Part shown: in pieces, positions 1 through 8,865 of the stretch | Layout: each line of letters opens with the position of its first letter | Position numbering within the stretch: position 1 is the first letter of the stretch | Program-made: the position numbers and the translations under genes | Virus record (IMG/VR): IMGVR_UViG_3300020365_000116 | Coordinates: 1 to 25,265 of that record | DNA: 25,265 nucleotides | Origin: a virus | Lineage: Duplodnaviria > Caudoviricetes | Reading direction: 5' to 3' (one strand) | The notes under the pieces: model-generated | Told to the model about the DNA's origin: nothing | What the model saw: only the letters and a program-made list of their open reading frames with translations | Database searches by the model: none

Positions 1-2
1 GT

Positions 3-1565
3 GAATCTGTCACTGAAGAAATGAAGTGTCCACCATCGACACAAGATTTGAAACTGAATACAAAGAACAGAGATGCAACAATCAAGAACTACAACTACGG
101 GCCACTGAATGTTGATGAACCAGGCGATTACTGGAAAGATATCGCAAAGTACTGGAAGACAACTGAGGAAGCAGCAAAGAAGTCTGTATGTAATAACTGT
201 GTTGCATTTGATATTTCTGAGAGAATGGATGCTTGTTTGCCTGGCAGTACATCTGATGAAGATGGACGATTGGGATACTGTTGGATGCACCACTTCAAGT
301 GTCATTCTGCAAGAGCGTGTCACACTTGGGCAAAGGGTGGGCCAATCAAGACTGATGAGAAATCATATGACTGGCAAGAACGTGCAAAGATGGATGAGAG
401 AAAACTTACTGATGGTGAGAAGGATAAACTGAAGAGTTTGGAGAAGGATGTGTCTAAGAAAGATTTTATTGACAGATATGGTAAAGAAGAAGGTGAATCT
501 ATCTACTACGCAACTCTGACTAAGATGGCAAAACAACACGCAGAAGAAATGCATGAAATGACAATTGGTAAAATGGTTCGTGATAAGATTTACAATATGA
601 CACATCCGAAAAAGATGGATGGTCTTGTAAAAGCATATGCAGATGCAGTTGCAGCAGATACCAAGAAAAGACATGGAAACAGTTATCATGCTGGTGAGGT
701 AATTAGAAGAAGTAATGCTGAAAAACAAGGTGTTGACGTAAGACAACTTATGGGGTATATAAACACACTTGTTAAAAAGGGTGACATACCAACAGCACTG
801 AAAGCACAGGATGATATTGATGAAGAAATCTTAGATGAAAAGATTGCCGCTCTAGTTAATAAAGCAGAAAAGTCTGGAATGCCCTACAGTATTCTGAAAA
901 AGGTATATGATAGAGGTATGGCCGCATACAAAACTGGACATAGACCAGGCGCTACTCCACAACAATGGGCACTCGCAAGAGTGAATTCATTTACCACAAA
1001 GAGTAAAGGTACTTGGGGTAAAGCAGATGCAGACCTTGCCGCAAAGGTCAGAGGTGAGACATATGAGATTGGTAAAGAATATGCAGACCACACTCGTAAG
1101 GTAACGCCTGGACAGTCTGTAACTAAAGAATCAATTGACGAATGGTTTCTTGACGAATCTGTAAGAGATAAATATGTAGGAAGATACGGTGATGAGTGGT
1201 TGTCTAAACTGACAAAGACTTATCATGCAATGTTGGAAAAGGTTGAACCCTGTTGTGATGATTGTGCAGACCATTTTGACCATGTTGTAGAACAGGCAGA
1301 GTATCAAGGTAAAAAGGTAAAACTGAATGACCCAATTCGCACAAGTGAAAACCCCAACAAAAAGTTTAAGGTTTATGTGAGGAATGAAAAGGGAAAGGTC
1401 GTAGTGGTTCGTTTCGGTGACCCAAATATGGCAATCAATCGTGATGACCCAGAGAGAAGAAAGTCATTTCGTGCGAGACACAACTGTGATGACCCAGGCC
1501 CTAAAACGAAAGCAAGATATTGGAGTTGTTACCAATGGCGTGCTGGTGCAAAAGTCGATAACTAA
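3..1565 (+). CDS. Multi-module putative virion/head-associated protein, 5'-truncated: Cys-rich module, a 'KKVYDRGMAA..GATPQQWALARVNSF' module (DUF5824-like) and a C-terminal 'VRFGDP..FRARHNC..ARYWSC' module (DUF6321-like)
   Basis: The frame is open from base 3 (GAA TCT GTC ACT GAA GAA ATG), so the true start is probably upstream of the window. The modules resemble conserved hypothetical proteins of marine T4-like phages; DUF names are from recall. Linkers DEEILDE and KESIDE separate the modules. Confidence 0.7.
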   Translation, partial: ESVTEEMKCPPSTQDLKLNTKNRDATIKNYNYGPLNVDEPGDYWKDIAKYWKTTEEAAKKSVCNNCVAFDISERMDACLPGSTSDEDGRLGYCWMHHFKCHSARACHTWAKGGPIKTDEKSYDWQERAKMDERKLTDGEKDKLKSLEKDVSKKDFIDRYGKEEGESIYYATLTKMAKQHAEEMHEMTIGKMVRDKIYNMTHPKKMDGLVKAYADAVAADTKKRHGNSYHAGEVIRRSNAEKQGVDVRQLMGYINTLVKKGDIPTALKAQDDIDEEILDEKIAALVNKAEKSGMPYSILKKVYDRGMAAYKTGHRPGATPQQWALARVNSFTTKSKGTWGKADADLAAKVRGETYEIGKEYADHTRKVTPGQSVTKESIDEWFLDESVRDKYVGRYGDEWLSKLTKTYHAMLEKVEPCCDDCADHFDHVVEQAEYQGKKVKLNDPIRTSENPNKKFKVYVRNEKGKVVVVRFGDPNMAINRDDPERRKSFRARHNCDDPGPKTKARYWSCYQWRAGAKVDN

Positions 1566-1577
1566 AGGAAAACAAAA

Positions 1578-3281
1578 ATGAGATATGGAAAAAGCATGAG
1601 TGAAGCCCTTGCAGAGATTCGTGAGGGGTTCTCAAAAAAAGAAATCAAGATGGCAATCGGTATTGCATCTGACCCACGTTATAAACAGGGTAATTATACT
1701 GGTGCATTCAAACAGATTGAGAAAATCAAAAAAGGACTTGCATCACATCCACAGGTTGCTGCTGTTCTGAAAAGACAGAATGAAGAGATACTTGAAAAGG
1801 TCAAGTGTCCTCATTGTGAAGGAGAAGGTTGTCCTAAGTGTGAAGGTAATGGTTACATTGCAGATGCAGTTGATAAAGAAGACGAACCATTTCTGAAGGA
1901 CTTGATTAAGAATCTAAGGAAAGGTTCTGCGACTCATGGTAAACAGGCAGATGACTTGGAGAAGGCAGTCAAGGAAGATGTTGAACTTACTGAAGCATTA
2001 AAACCAAAAGATAAAAAAACCATAGATGCATTTTATAAGGGTGAATTTATGAATGGGTTTGCATTAATATCAGATGGTAAAAAGTTGCATAGTACCACTC
2101 AAACTATTGCAATTAAGGATGGTTCTAAATTTAAGATTGTTGCAAAAATGGATGGTAGATTTACACAATCAGTTGTTAATTACATCAAAAAAACATTTCC
2201 TAAAAATGTAGTTTCTGAGGAAGTTGAACTTGATGAGATGAAAGAACCATTCGTAGTTGTTGATACTGCTGATGGTGATAAGATTGTTGGAATGGCGTCC
2301 TCTGAAAAGGGTGCAAAGGAGATTATCACAACTGCACAACTTCCACCTATGAAAATCAAAGACAAGAAGACTTTGAAAATTGTTAAGGTGAAGAAGAAAC
2401 AAATGATTGGACACCCAATCAAGGAAGATGTTGAAATTGATGAAAGTGTTAAGGCATCGACTAACTATGACTTTGATAGATTAATTAAAAGTGGTGGACT
2501 TGATAAGAAAGATTATCAAAAGGCAAAAAACTTATACTCACAAGGTAAGTTGATGGATTTGAGAAAACATATCTATAACTTAGATACAGAACCAACAGAA
2601 GCAATCATGGATGTCATTGCAAAAAATGACCCAAAGGCATTTATGAAGATGTATCCAAAATCCAAGAAGGGTGAGTATATGTCTAGTATTGCATATAACC
2701 ACGGAGAAGAGAACGAACTTGATGAAGGTAAGATGAAAGCAATCTCAATGAAGATTGATTCTATTGTTGCAAAGATGAAAAAAGATAAACAGATGAAATC
2801 TTTTGCAGACAAGTTCAAGAAAGAAGCATCAAAGACTTTAGACATTGCAAAGTCATTAGAGAAGGTTCTTCCAGACTATATTGCTGGTAAAGATATTGCC
2901 GCACTGGTAAAAGAAGAAACTGTTGTTGAATCTTGGGAACTTGATGAGATGAAAATGGATGACCCAAAACTTCTGAAGATTTTTGACAAACTGAAGAAGG
3001 GTTCAACTGTAAAGATTAAGATTGATTCTTCCATTAGTAAAGGTAAGGATTACAGAGAATTTACTGTGACTGCAAAGAACATTGTAGGTAAAGGTAAAAA
3101 GTTTGAACAGGAGAAGATTACACTGAAGGCAAAAGATAATCCAACAGGTGTAAAACATTTCCTATACAATCGTGATGGTAAAGTGACATTGGCAATCGGT
3201 GACATGGGTGCATCAATTGCTGATATCAAAGAAGATAATATGTCAGCGTATACTGCTGCTATAACCAAGGGAGTAAAATAA
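1578..3281 (+). CDS. Lys/Glu-rich modular protein, putative internal head polyprotein, with a CxxCxGxG-type Zn finger
   Basis: 567-aa ORF with AAGGA RBS. Repeated linkers KEDVELTE, SEEVELDE, KEDVEIDE, EENELDE and ESWELDE; motif CPHCEGEGCPKCEGNG. Confidence 0.7.
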   Translation: MRYGKSMSEALAEIREGFSKKEIKMAIGIASDPRYKQGNYTGAFKQIEKIKKGLASHPQVAAVLKRQNEEILEKVKCPHCEGEGCPKCEGNGYIADAVDKEDEPFLKDLIKNLRKGSATHGKQADDLEKAVKEDVELTEALKPKDKKTIDAFYKGEFMNGFALISDGKKLHSTTQTIAIKDGSKFKIVAKMDGRFTQSVVNYIKKTFPKNVVSEEVELDEMKEPFVVVDTADGDKIVGMASSEKGAKEIITTAQLPPMKIKDKKTLKIVKVKKKQMIGHPIKEDVEIDESVKASTNYDFDRLIKSGGLDKKDYQKAKNLYSQGKLMDLRKHIYNLDTEPTEAIMDVIAKNDPKAFMKMYPKSKKGEYMSSIAYNHGEENELDEGKMKAISMKIDSIVAKMKKDKQMKSFADKFKKEASKTLDIAKSLEKVLPDYIAGKDIAALVKEETVVESWELDEMKMDDPKLLKIFDKLKKGSTVKIKIDSSISKGKDYREFTVTAKNIVGKGKKFEQEKITLKAKDNPTGVKHFLYNRDGKVTLAIGDMGASIADIKEDNMSAYTAAITKGVK

Positions 3282-4135
3282 TGTCAAAATATTTTGATAC
3301 AAAACCTGGCAGTCTTGAAGAAGCCGTATCCGCTGCTCAACAGGCTGCAATCGCCATTTCCAAAAAGGAAAAGGGTGAGAAACCAAAGAACGAAGACCAA
3401 GGACAGTTTGCCTTTGTTGCTCAAAAGGCAAAAGAAAAAGGTGATAAGACCTTCATGTTCGGTGGTAAAAAATACGACACTGAAACTGAAGAGGTAATCA
3501 AAGAGGAAACTCTTGATGAGAAGGTTGAATATGTTGAGTACAAATTCAAAAACAAGAATGATGCAATGGCAGCAAAGAAGATGCTTGATGCAGTTCAGTT
3601 GATGAGTTTCGATATCAATGATGACAACATCTCTGGTGGTGAACTTATGGTTGATGCTGGTTCAAAGGACATGACCAAGTATCATAAAGAAATCATGAAG
3701 AAGTTCAAACCAAAGGTCATGAAGTCTGAAACTAACAAGAACGACAAGTCTGATGACGGTGACGGTCTTGATGCGGTTCAACCAGACGCTGTTAAGAAGA
3801 AGTTCAAAGACCGTAAGGACAAGGATATTGACAATGATGGTGATGTAGATTCCTCTGATAAGTTCTTACATAAAAGACGTAAGGCAGTTTCAAAGGCAAT
3901 TAAATCTCAAGGTGAGTCAATCATGTCTGTTGCAGAATCAGTAAGACAAATGTGGGATGAGGCTGCAAAGAAGAACGAAGCACAGGACATGGAACAAGAT
4001 AAAGATGGCGATGGTATGGACGATGATGGTAAGGCAAAAAAGACTGCAAAGAAGACTGACTCTGGTAAAGATATGACACCAGTTGAAACTTCTGTCAAAA
4101 TGCCTAAATTGAAAAATGAGAAGAATAAAGTATAG
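3281..4135 (+). CDS. Charged putative head/prohead-associated protein with DxDxDG Ca-binding-like motifs
   Basis: 284 aa, GGAG RBS, TAATG coupling. Motifs DKDIDNDGDVDSSD and DKDGDGMDDDG; linker KEETLDE. Confidence 0.65.
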   Translation: MSKYFDTKPGSLEEAVSAAQQAAIAISKKEKGEKPKNEDQGQFAFVAQKAKEKGDKTFMFGGKKYDTETEEVIKEETLDEKVEYVEYKFKNKNDAMAAKKMLDAVQLMSFDINDDNISGGELMVDAGSKDMTKYHKEIMKKFKPKVMKSETNKNDKSDDGDGLDAVQPDAVKKKFKDRKDKDIDNDGDVDSSDKFLHKRRKAVSKAIKSQGESIMSVAESVRQMWDEAAKKNEAQDMEQDKDGDGMDDDGKAKKTAKKTDSGKDMTPVETSVKMPKLKNEKNKV

Positions 4136-4662
4136 TGAAACGGTTCGATGAAGTCTATAATTTGGTGGCAGAGAAGAACGAAGAACTTCCAACCATCTAC
4201 TGTGATATGGATATGGTGCTTTGCAATTTTTTAAAAGGTGCAGAGGAAGTACTTGGAGTACCATTTCCACAAGCAGACAAAAGGGAGAAATGGATTAAGA
4301 TTTCTTCCACTAAAGACTTTTGGGCAAACCTTGAATGGATGATGGGCGCCCAAAGAATGTGGTCGTTTGTAAATAAATATGATGCACACATTCTGTCTGC
4401 ATATTCAACCCAAGACCCAAACAGTCGTAAGGGTAAACTTGCATGGTTGAGAAAGAATGCGAAACTAACCCAGAAGTCTCGTATTCATTTGGTATTGAGA
4501 GCAGACAAACAAAAATTTGCAATGATTAACAATAAACCAAACCTATTGATTGATGATTATATTAAAAATATTCATGAATGGGAAGCAAAAGGTGGAATTG
4601 GAGTACATCATACAGACCCAACTAACACCATTGCAGAATTGAAACGGTTGGGTTTCAAATAA
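4135..4662 (+). CDS. HAD-superfamily 5'(3')-deoxyribonucleotidase-like phosphatase (NT5C-like)
   Basis: HAD motif I IYCDMDMVL, ILSA, a Lys in GKLAW and motif IV LIDDYIKN. The GTG start overlaps the upstream TAG. Confidence 0.8.
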   Translation: MKRFDEVYNLVAEKNEELPTIYCDMDMVLCNFLKGAEEVLGVPFPQADKREKWIKISSTKDFWANLEWMMGAQRMWSFVNKYDAHILSAYSTQDPNSRKGKLAWLRKNAKLTQKSRIHLVLRADKQKFAMINNKPNLLIDDYIKNIHEWEAKGGIGVHHTDPTNTIAELKRLGFK

Positions 4663-4670
4663 CATAAATA
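4663..4670 (+). promoter_or_regulatory. T4-type late promoter (CATAAATA)
   Basis: Intergenic near-match to TATAAATA about 40 nt upstream of a structural gene that has an AGGAG RBS. Confidence 0.65.
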
Positions 4671-4708
4671 GATGAGTATATACACTATCTAAATTAGGAG
4701 AAATTAAA

Positions 4709-5956
4709 ATGAGCTCATGGAGTATGAATGACGGTTCTGCACTGACAGGAACTATGACATTCACCAATGGAAATGCTGCTGTTTCTGGTTCTGGTACAAA
4801 CTTTGACCCAGAGGTGAAAGTAGGAGATATCATCATTTCAGCTGGTGGGGTCAAATCAAGAGTTAAGGCTGTTACATCAGATACCGCTTTAACATTAGTA
4901 GAAAATTTTAGTGGTTCAACAGAAAACGGTGTTGCCGCTACGGTCACAAGACCACCAATTAACTTTGCATCGTCTGGTTCGCAGATTGATGATACTATTT
5001 TTGGTATCACTGCTGCAGAATCAACTTCTGGTATTGACAATGTTACTACCATTGCAGTTGCAACTGGCGGTACAGGATATAAAGGTTCTGCACCAACAAT
5101 TACTATTCCAGTACCGACTGTAAGAACTATTGCAACCGCAAAAGTCTCAACTGCAAATGAAACTATTGAGATTACAGGTCACAATATGCAAACTGGTACT
5201 GCTGTGAAGTATCAAGACGGTGGTGGAACTGCGCTTGCTGGTCTTGTTGATAACACACAATACTTTGTAATCAGACACACTGCTGATTTGATTAAACTTG
5301 CATCCTCGCTTTCAAATGCGAATGCTGGTACTGCAATCAACTTGACAGGTACAGGTAACAACGCACAGACACTTGAAGGTATTCAGGCAACTGCAACTGC
5401 AACCATCTCTGGTGGTAGAGTTGCAACTGTGACTGTAACTAACGTAGGTTCTGACTATCAGTCAACCCCAGCGGTTACTGTTGCTGCTCCTGCCGAACAG
5501 ACCTTTAACGCACAAAGTGCTGTGTCAACTGCAAACGATACCATCACCATTTCTGGACACTTGCTCCAAACTGGTGACCAAGTTACTTACTCTGATAAGG
5601 GTGGAACAACACTTGCAAACTTGACTGATGCTGGTGCTCACTTTGTAATCAGAGTGAATGCAAACACCATCAAACTTGCAACAACTGCTGCAAATGCAGC
5701 TGACGGAGTTGCAATTGACTTGACTGCTGGTTCATCTGAGAACCACGGTTTAACTGGTGTAACTGCAACTGTGACTGCAAGTCGTGGTCTTGGTAACGAA
5801 GCAACAGATAACAAAAGAGAAGGTTATCATGTTGGTTGGGTTAAGAGAACTGTAGGTACTGGTGGTCGTGCTGGTAGAGTTCAGTATGAAACTCTTGTTG
5901 CAGCATCAAGCATCACTGGTGACGCAGAAGATATTGTGACCCCAGAGAACGCATAA
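4709..5956 (+). CDS. Virion structural protein (Thr/Gly/Ala-rich, beta-rich, with an internal tandem domain repeat)
   Basis: MSSW N-terminus and C-terminal GWVKRTVGTGGRAGRVQYETLVA motif typical of marine T4-like structural proteins. Two copies of VSTAN(E/D)TI.I.GH..QTG..V.Y...LA.L...(Y/H)FVIR....IKLA. Confidence 0.75.
   Translation: MSSWSMNDGSALTGTMTFTNGNAAVSGSGTNFDPEVKVGDIIISAGGVKSRVKAVTSDTALTLVENFSGSTENGVAATVTRPPINFASSGSQIDDTIFGITAAESTSGIDNVTTIAVATGGTGYKGSAPTITIPVPTVRTIATAKVSTANETIEITGHNMQTGTAVKYQDGGGTALAGLVDNTQYFVIRHTADLIKLASSLSNANAGTAINLTGTGNNAQTLEGIQATATATISGGRVATVTVTNVGSDYQSTPAVTVAAPAEQTFNAQSAVSTANDTITISGHLLQTGDQVTYSDKGGTTLANLTDAGAHFVIRVNANTIKLATTAANAADGVAIDLTAGSSENHGLTGVTATVTASRGLGNEATDNKREGYHVGWVKRTVGTGGRAGRVQYETLVAASSITGDAEDIVTPENA
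5144..5760 (+). repeat. Internal protein-level domain duplication (units start at about 5144 and 5522, 126-codon period)
   Basis: VSTANETIEITGHNMQTGTAVKYQDGGGTALAGL aligns with VSTANDTITISGHLLQTGDQVTYSDKGGTTLANL. Confidence 0.8.
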
Positions 5957-5990
5957 GTAATTATATAATTTTAAATCATGGAGATAGATT

Positions 5991-6260
5991 ATGTCAGCAT
6001 TGACTGAAACTGAAATTAATATTAGAAAACAGACGTTGGATGCAGAACTTGCTCAACACAAGTCTGCACTCAACAAACTGGAACAGGACAAACAAAATAT
6101 CACTGCACAGATTTATGCTGTCAGTGGTGCATTACAACAGTGCGACTTGTTCCTACAACAATTAAATGGTGGTAACGATAAAGATGTTACCAGTAGCATT
6201 CCATCTGCACCCAAGAAGAAAAAGGGTGCAAACGATGTCGCCGCTGCGGTGATGAGTTGA
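5991..6260 (+). CDS. Hypothetical coiled-coil protein (possible fibre chaperone)
   Basis: 89 aa, GGAG RBS, heptad pattern, located between structural genes. Confidence 0.65.
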   Translation: MSALTETEINIRKQTLDAELAQHKSALNKLEQDKQNITAQIYAVSGALQQCDLFLQQLNGGNDKDVTSSIPSAPKKKKGANDVAAAVMS

Positions 6261-6280
6261 TGGTTTATAGGAGATAACAA

Positions 6281-6757
6281 ATGGCAGATAAGAAAATTAC
6301 TGCGTTGACCGACTTGGGAAATGCGATTGCATCTGAAGATTTAATTCATGTAATTGATGACCCATCTGGTACACCAGTTAACAAAAAGATTAGTGTTGCA
6401 AACCTGTTTAACAACATTCCAACTTATATTGCGTTGGATGGTACTGCACAATCTATTACAGGTAGTGTATCACCCAATACAACTACTTCAATTACGCTTG
6501 TAGATTTGAATGGGGTTTCAACAAACACAACCGCAACTGGAACATTAGCTGACGGTACAAATGGTCAAGTCAAAATTATTGTCATGACCACTGCACCATC
6601 ATCTGGTTCATCTTATCGTGTTACTGTAACAAATTGGGGTAGTACTGCAACTGGTTCTGCACAATTACAATTCAATGCAATCGGTGAATCTGCAACCTGT
6701 CTGTTTACTAATAGTAAATGGTATGTGATTGCAAGTAACGGTTCAGTTGTAAACTAA
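6281..6757 (+). CDS. Putative virion structural protein
   Basis: MADKKITALTDL N-terminus typical of phage fibre/structural proteins; Thr/Ser-rich beta C-domain; AGGAG RBS. Confidence 0.7.
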   Translation: MADKKITALTDLGNAIASEDLIHVIDDPSGTPVNKKISVANLFNNIPTYIALDGTAQSITGSVSPNTTTSITLVDLNGVSTNTTATGTLADGTNGQVKIIVMTTAPSSGSSYRVTVTNWGSTATGSAQLQFNAIGESATCLFTNSKWYVIASNGSVVN

Positions 6758-6767
6758 GGAGTAAAAA

Positions 6768-6959
6768 ATGGAAGCGATTAGATACGGAGCTGGTGGACAA
6801 CCATTGCCTAGTAAGACCGAAAAGGTTGAACCAGTGGAAAAACCAGCAGAGGTTAAGAAAGAATCATCTCAACCTCTTCAAGAAATCCTTGAAGTAAATC
6901 CAAATGAAGAAGATGGATTTGATGAGGAAGTAACAGGGGAAGACGATGAAGACGTTTAA
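6768..6959 (+). CDS. Small acidic hypothetical protein
   Basis: AAGGAG RBS; 63 aa with an acidic tail. Confidence 0.6.
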   Translation: MEAIRYGAGGQPLPSKTEKVEPVEKPAEVKKESSQPLQEILEVNPNEEDGFDEEVTGEDDEDV

Positions 6960-7353
6960 ACAGTATATGAAAGAAGCTCCCCATCCAGCAGATGGTGATA
7001 ATCCTGTCGATGGTAATGAGGTCATGGGTGACCTTACCAGTGAAGCAGTTATTGAAAAATTAAATGCATACGTTGGTGCAATCGCAGATAGAGAATATCT
7101 AAGTCCAGAAAAAGCAATCAGCGAGATGAGACAAAAACTCATGAGAGTTGGTCTTCATTTTGGTGATGTTCAATTTACTGAGGAGAGTGGAGAGATTTCT
7201 GTTCCCTTGATTCAGTATGGTGGTGCATTTGGTAAATCAGCAGATACACCAATTGATGAGTTTGATGATATGCCTGAGAGTGGTAGGTCATTAAATTTTG
7301 TATACGAAAGAACAAGTGGGGGAACACATAGAATTCTAGCAAAGATTATGTAA
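6946..7353 (+). CDS. Hypothetical protein with a T4 capsid-targeting-sequence-like N-terminus (MKTFKQYMKE)
   Basis: The first 10 aa resemble the T4 internal-protein CTS MKTYQEFIAE. Confidence 0.65.
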   Translation: MKTFKQYMKEAPHPADGDNPVDGNEVMGDLTSEAVIEKLNAYVGAIADREYLSPEKAISEMRQKLMRVGLHFGDVQFTEESGEISVPLIQYGGAFGKSADTPIDEFDDMPESGRSLNFVYERTSGGTHRILAKIM

Positions 7354-7354
7354 T

Positions 7355-7717
7355 ATGTTTGAGAAAATAACCAATGAAAATGTAATGATGTTCGCACTAA
7401 AACATTACGACAATCCACAGTGCGAAGGTGAAAAAGAATTTCACGATGATATGAAGAGGTTCAAGTATATCAAGAGACTCTTGAGAAAATACAGTGAACA
7501 TGGAGTATTGAAAGAGAGGTTATTACTGAATCACATAATCGTGCTGAATAATGTGTTTGGTGCTGATGCGTGTTCAACTTTGTTGTTTTTCAAAATTGAA
7601 CAAGAATATTGGCCGCACTTGAAATCTTTTATGAATTTTCTTGGTATACTACCAGAGAAGGAGTTACCAGATATTATGGAAGATATGTATATTTCTGGGG
7701 TGTTAAGGAAACTATAA
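7355..7717 (+). CDS. Conserved T4-like marine phage hypothetical protein
   Basis: Motif YDNPQC...EF.DD.KRFKYIKRLL.KY...LKERLLLNHII.L.NVFG recognised from cyanophage-type T4-likes. Confidence 0.75.
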   Translation: MFEKITNENVMMFALKHYDNPQCEGEKEFHDDMKRFKYIKRLLRKYSEHGVLKERLLLNHIIVLNNVFGADACSTLLFFKIEQEYWPHLKSFMNFLGILPEKELPDIMEDMYISGVLRKL

Positions 7718-8355
7718 TGGGTAGAGCGATAGATTTATTTGTAACGTACAGGTTTATTAAGTTACTTACGACTCCGTTTCAAAAGACGGAAGCGTATAAA
7801 CTTGGTATCATTGATAACAAGGGTAACCGTATTACTGAGCCTGGCACGAACAAACCTACCACATTAAGAACTATTGCAGAGAAAAACGCATATACGGTTC
7901 TGCACAAATTAGTTTTTAACATCAAGAAACTCTTTGAAAAGGTGCCTGGGTTGCGTACTAAAGTTGGTACATATGCTGCGGCATTGTTCTTATTGAAGGA
8001 CACTTTCAAAGAAGGGGTCGAAGACCCACAGATGTTTGAAAAGGAATTCCTCAAGTATCTAAAAGAAAATGGATATGAACTTGATGATGCGATTGCAGAG
8101 GAAGTAACACTAGAGGATGGTAAGTTACCGAAAGGTATATATAAGTTAACAAACGATATTGCATTTGATGAGGAAGATGCAGATACACCAGATGCGTTAG
8201 AGGGTGATGAGGTTCAAACATTTGAAGCAGTCGCACCAGAAGACACAATCTTAGGAGTAGATGTATTCCCTGTAATTCATATGCCAACACAAAGTAAAAT
8301 CTTTGTCAGTGCAGAAGACATTAAAGCAGTAGGAATCGAGGATTTAGAACTATGA
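7717..8355 (+). CDS. Conserved T4-like phage hypothetical protein (212 aa from ATG 7717)
   Basis: Start reassigned to the TAATG-coupled ATG at 7717 (MGRAIDLFVTYRFIKLL..AYKLGIID..G). Confidence 0.7.
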   Translation: MGRAIDLFVTYRFIKLLTTPFQKTEAYKLGIIDNKGNRITEPGTNKPTTLRTIAEKNAYTVLHKLVFNIKKLFEKVPGLRTKVGTYAAALFLLKDTFKEGVEDPQMFEKEFLKYLKENGYELDDAIAEEVTLEDGKLPKGIYKLTNDIAFDEEDADTPDALEGDEVQTFEAVAPEDTILGVDVFPVIHMPTQSKIFVSAEDIKAVGIEDLEL

Positions 8356-8861
8356 GTTTAAAGTTTCAAGACATCATGAAAAATTTCTACAATGATGAAA
8401 CATTAGGTATCAAGAACGAAGATGCTCCTGCAAATGCGACAGGCCCTGCCGTTGCTGGTACTGGTGATGATAATTCAGTTGTTGTAGTCAAAAAGAAAAA
8501 GAAGAATATGTACGATGGTCGTACCAGAGAAGCAAGAGCATTCATGAAAAGAATGGAAACGCTTCGTGCAAAGAGAGAATCTAAACTTGCAAAGAAGGTT
8601 CAAGAGAACACTGATAACTTTGGAGTTGAGTATCTTCTTGCAGAAGACAATGTTGCAATTCTCAAGAACATCGTCAAAAACAAACAGAATAACAAAATCA
8701 AGATGAAGGATGGTACAATGCGTATTGACCTTTTCACTGCGTCTGCATTGACACAGGCTCTTGACCAAGTTAAACCAGACACCAAAAAGAAGATGATGGA
8801 TATCATCAACAAAGGTGGTAAATCACAATTGATGAAACTGGTTTCTGTAGTAATGAAGTAA
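8352..8861 (+). CDS. Putative head-associated protein
   Basis: ATGA coupling. EDAPANATGPAVAGTGDD motif and C-terminal DGTMRIDLFTASA domain seen in marine T4-like head-region proteins. Confidence 0.6.
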   Translation: MSLKFQDIMKNFYNDETLGIKNEDAPANATGPAVAGTGDDNSVVVVKKKKKNMYDGRTREARAFMKRMETLRAKRESKLAKKVQENTDNFGVEYLLAEDNVAILKNIVKNKQNNKIKMKDGTMRIDLFTASALTQALDQVKPDTKKKMMDIINKGGKSQLMKLVSVVMK

Positions 8862-8865
8862 TGTT

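Noticed and set aside
1969-2954. CRISPR-like or DGR-like array from the 17-18-bp repeats
   Set aside because: The repeats are in-frame coding sequence, irregularly spaced hundreds of bp apart, with no cas or reverse transcriptase gene in the window.
7609-7716. N-terminal extension of ORF 7609..8355 (likewise track starts 10084, 12317, 15140, 19823, 21398, 22750, 23563 and 24008)
   Set aside because: These overlap upstream genes or promoters. Downstream starts have an RBS, stop-start coupling or promoter support.
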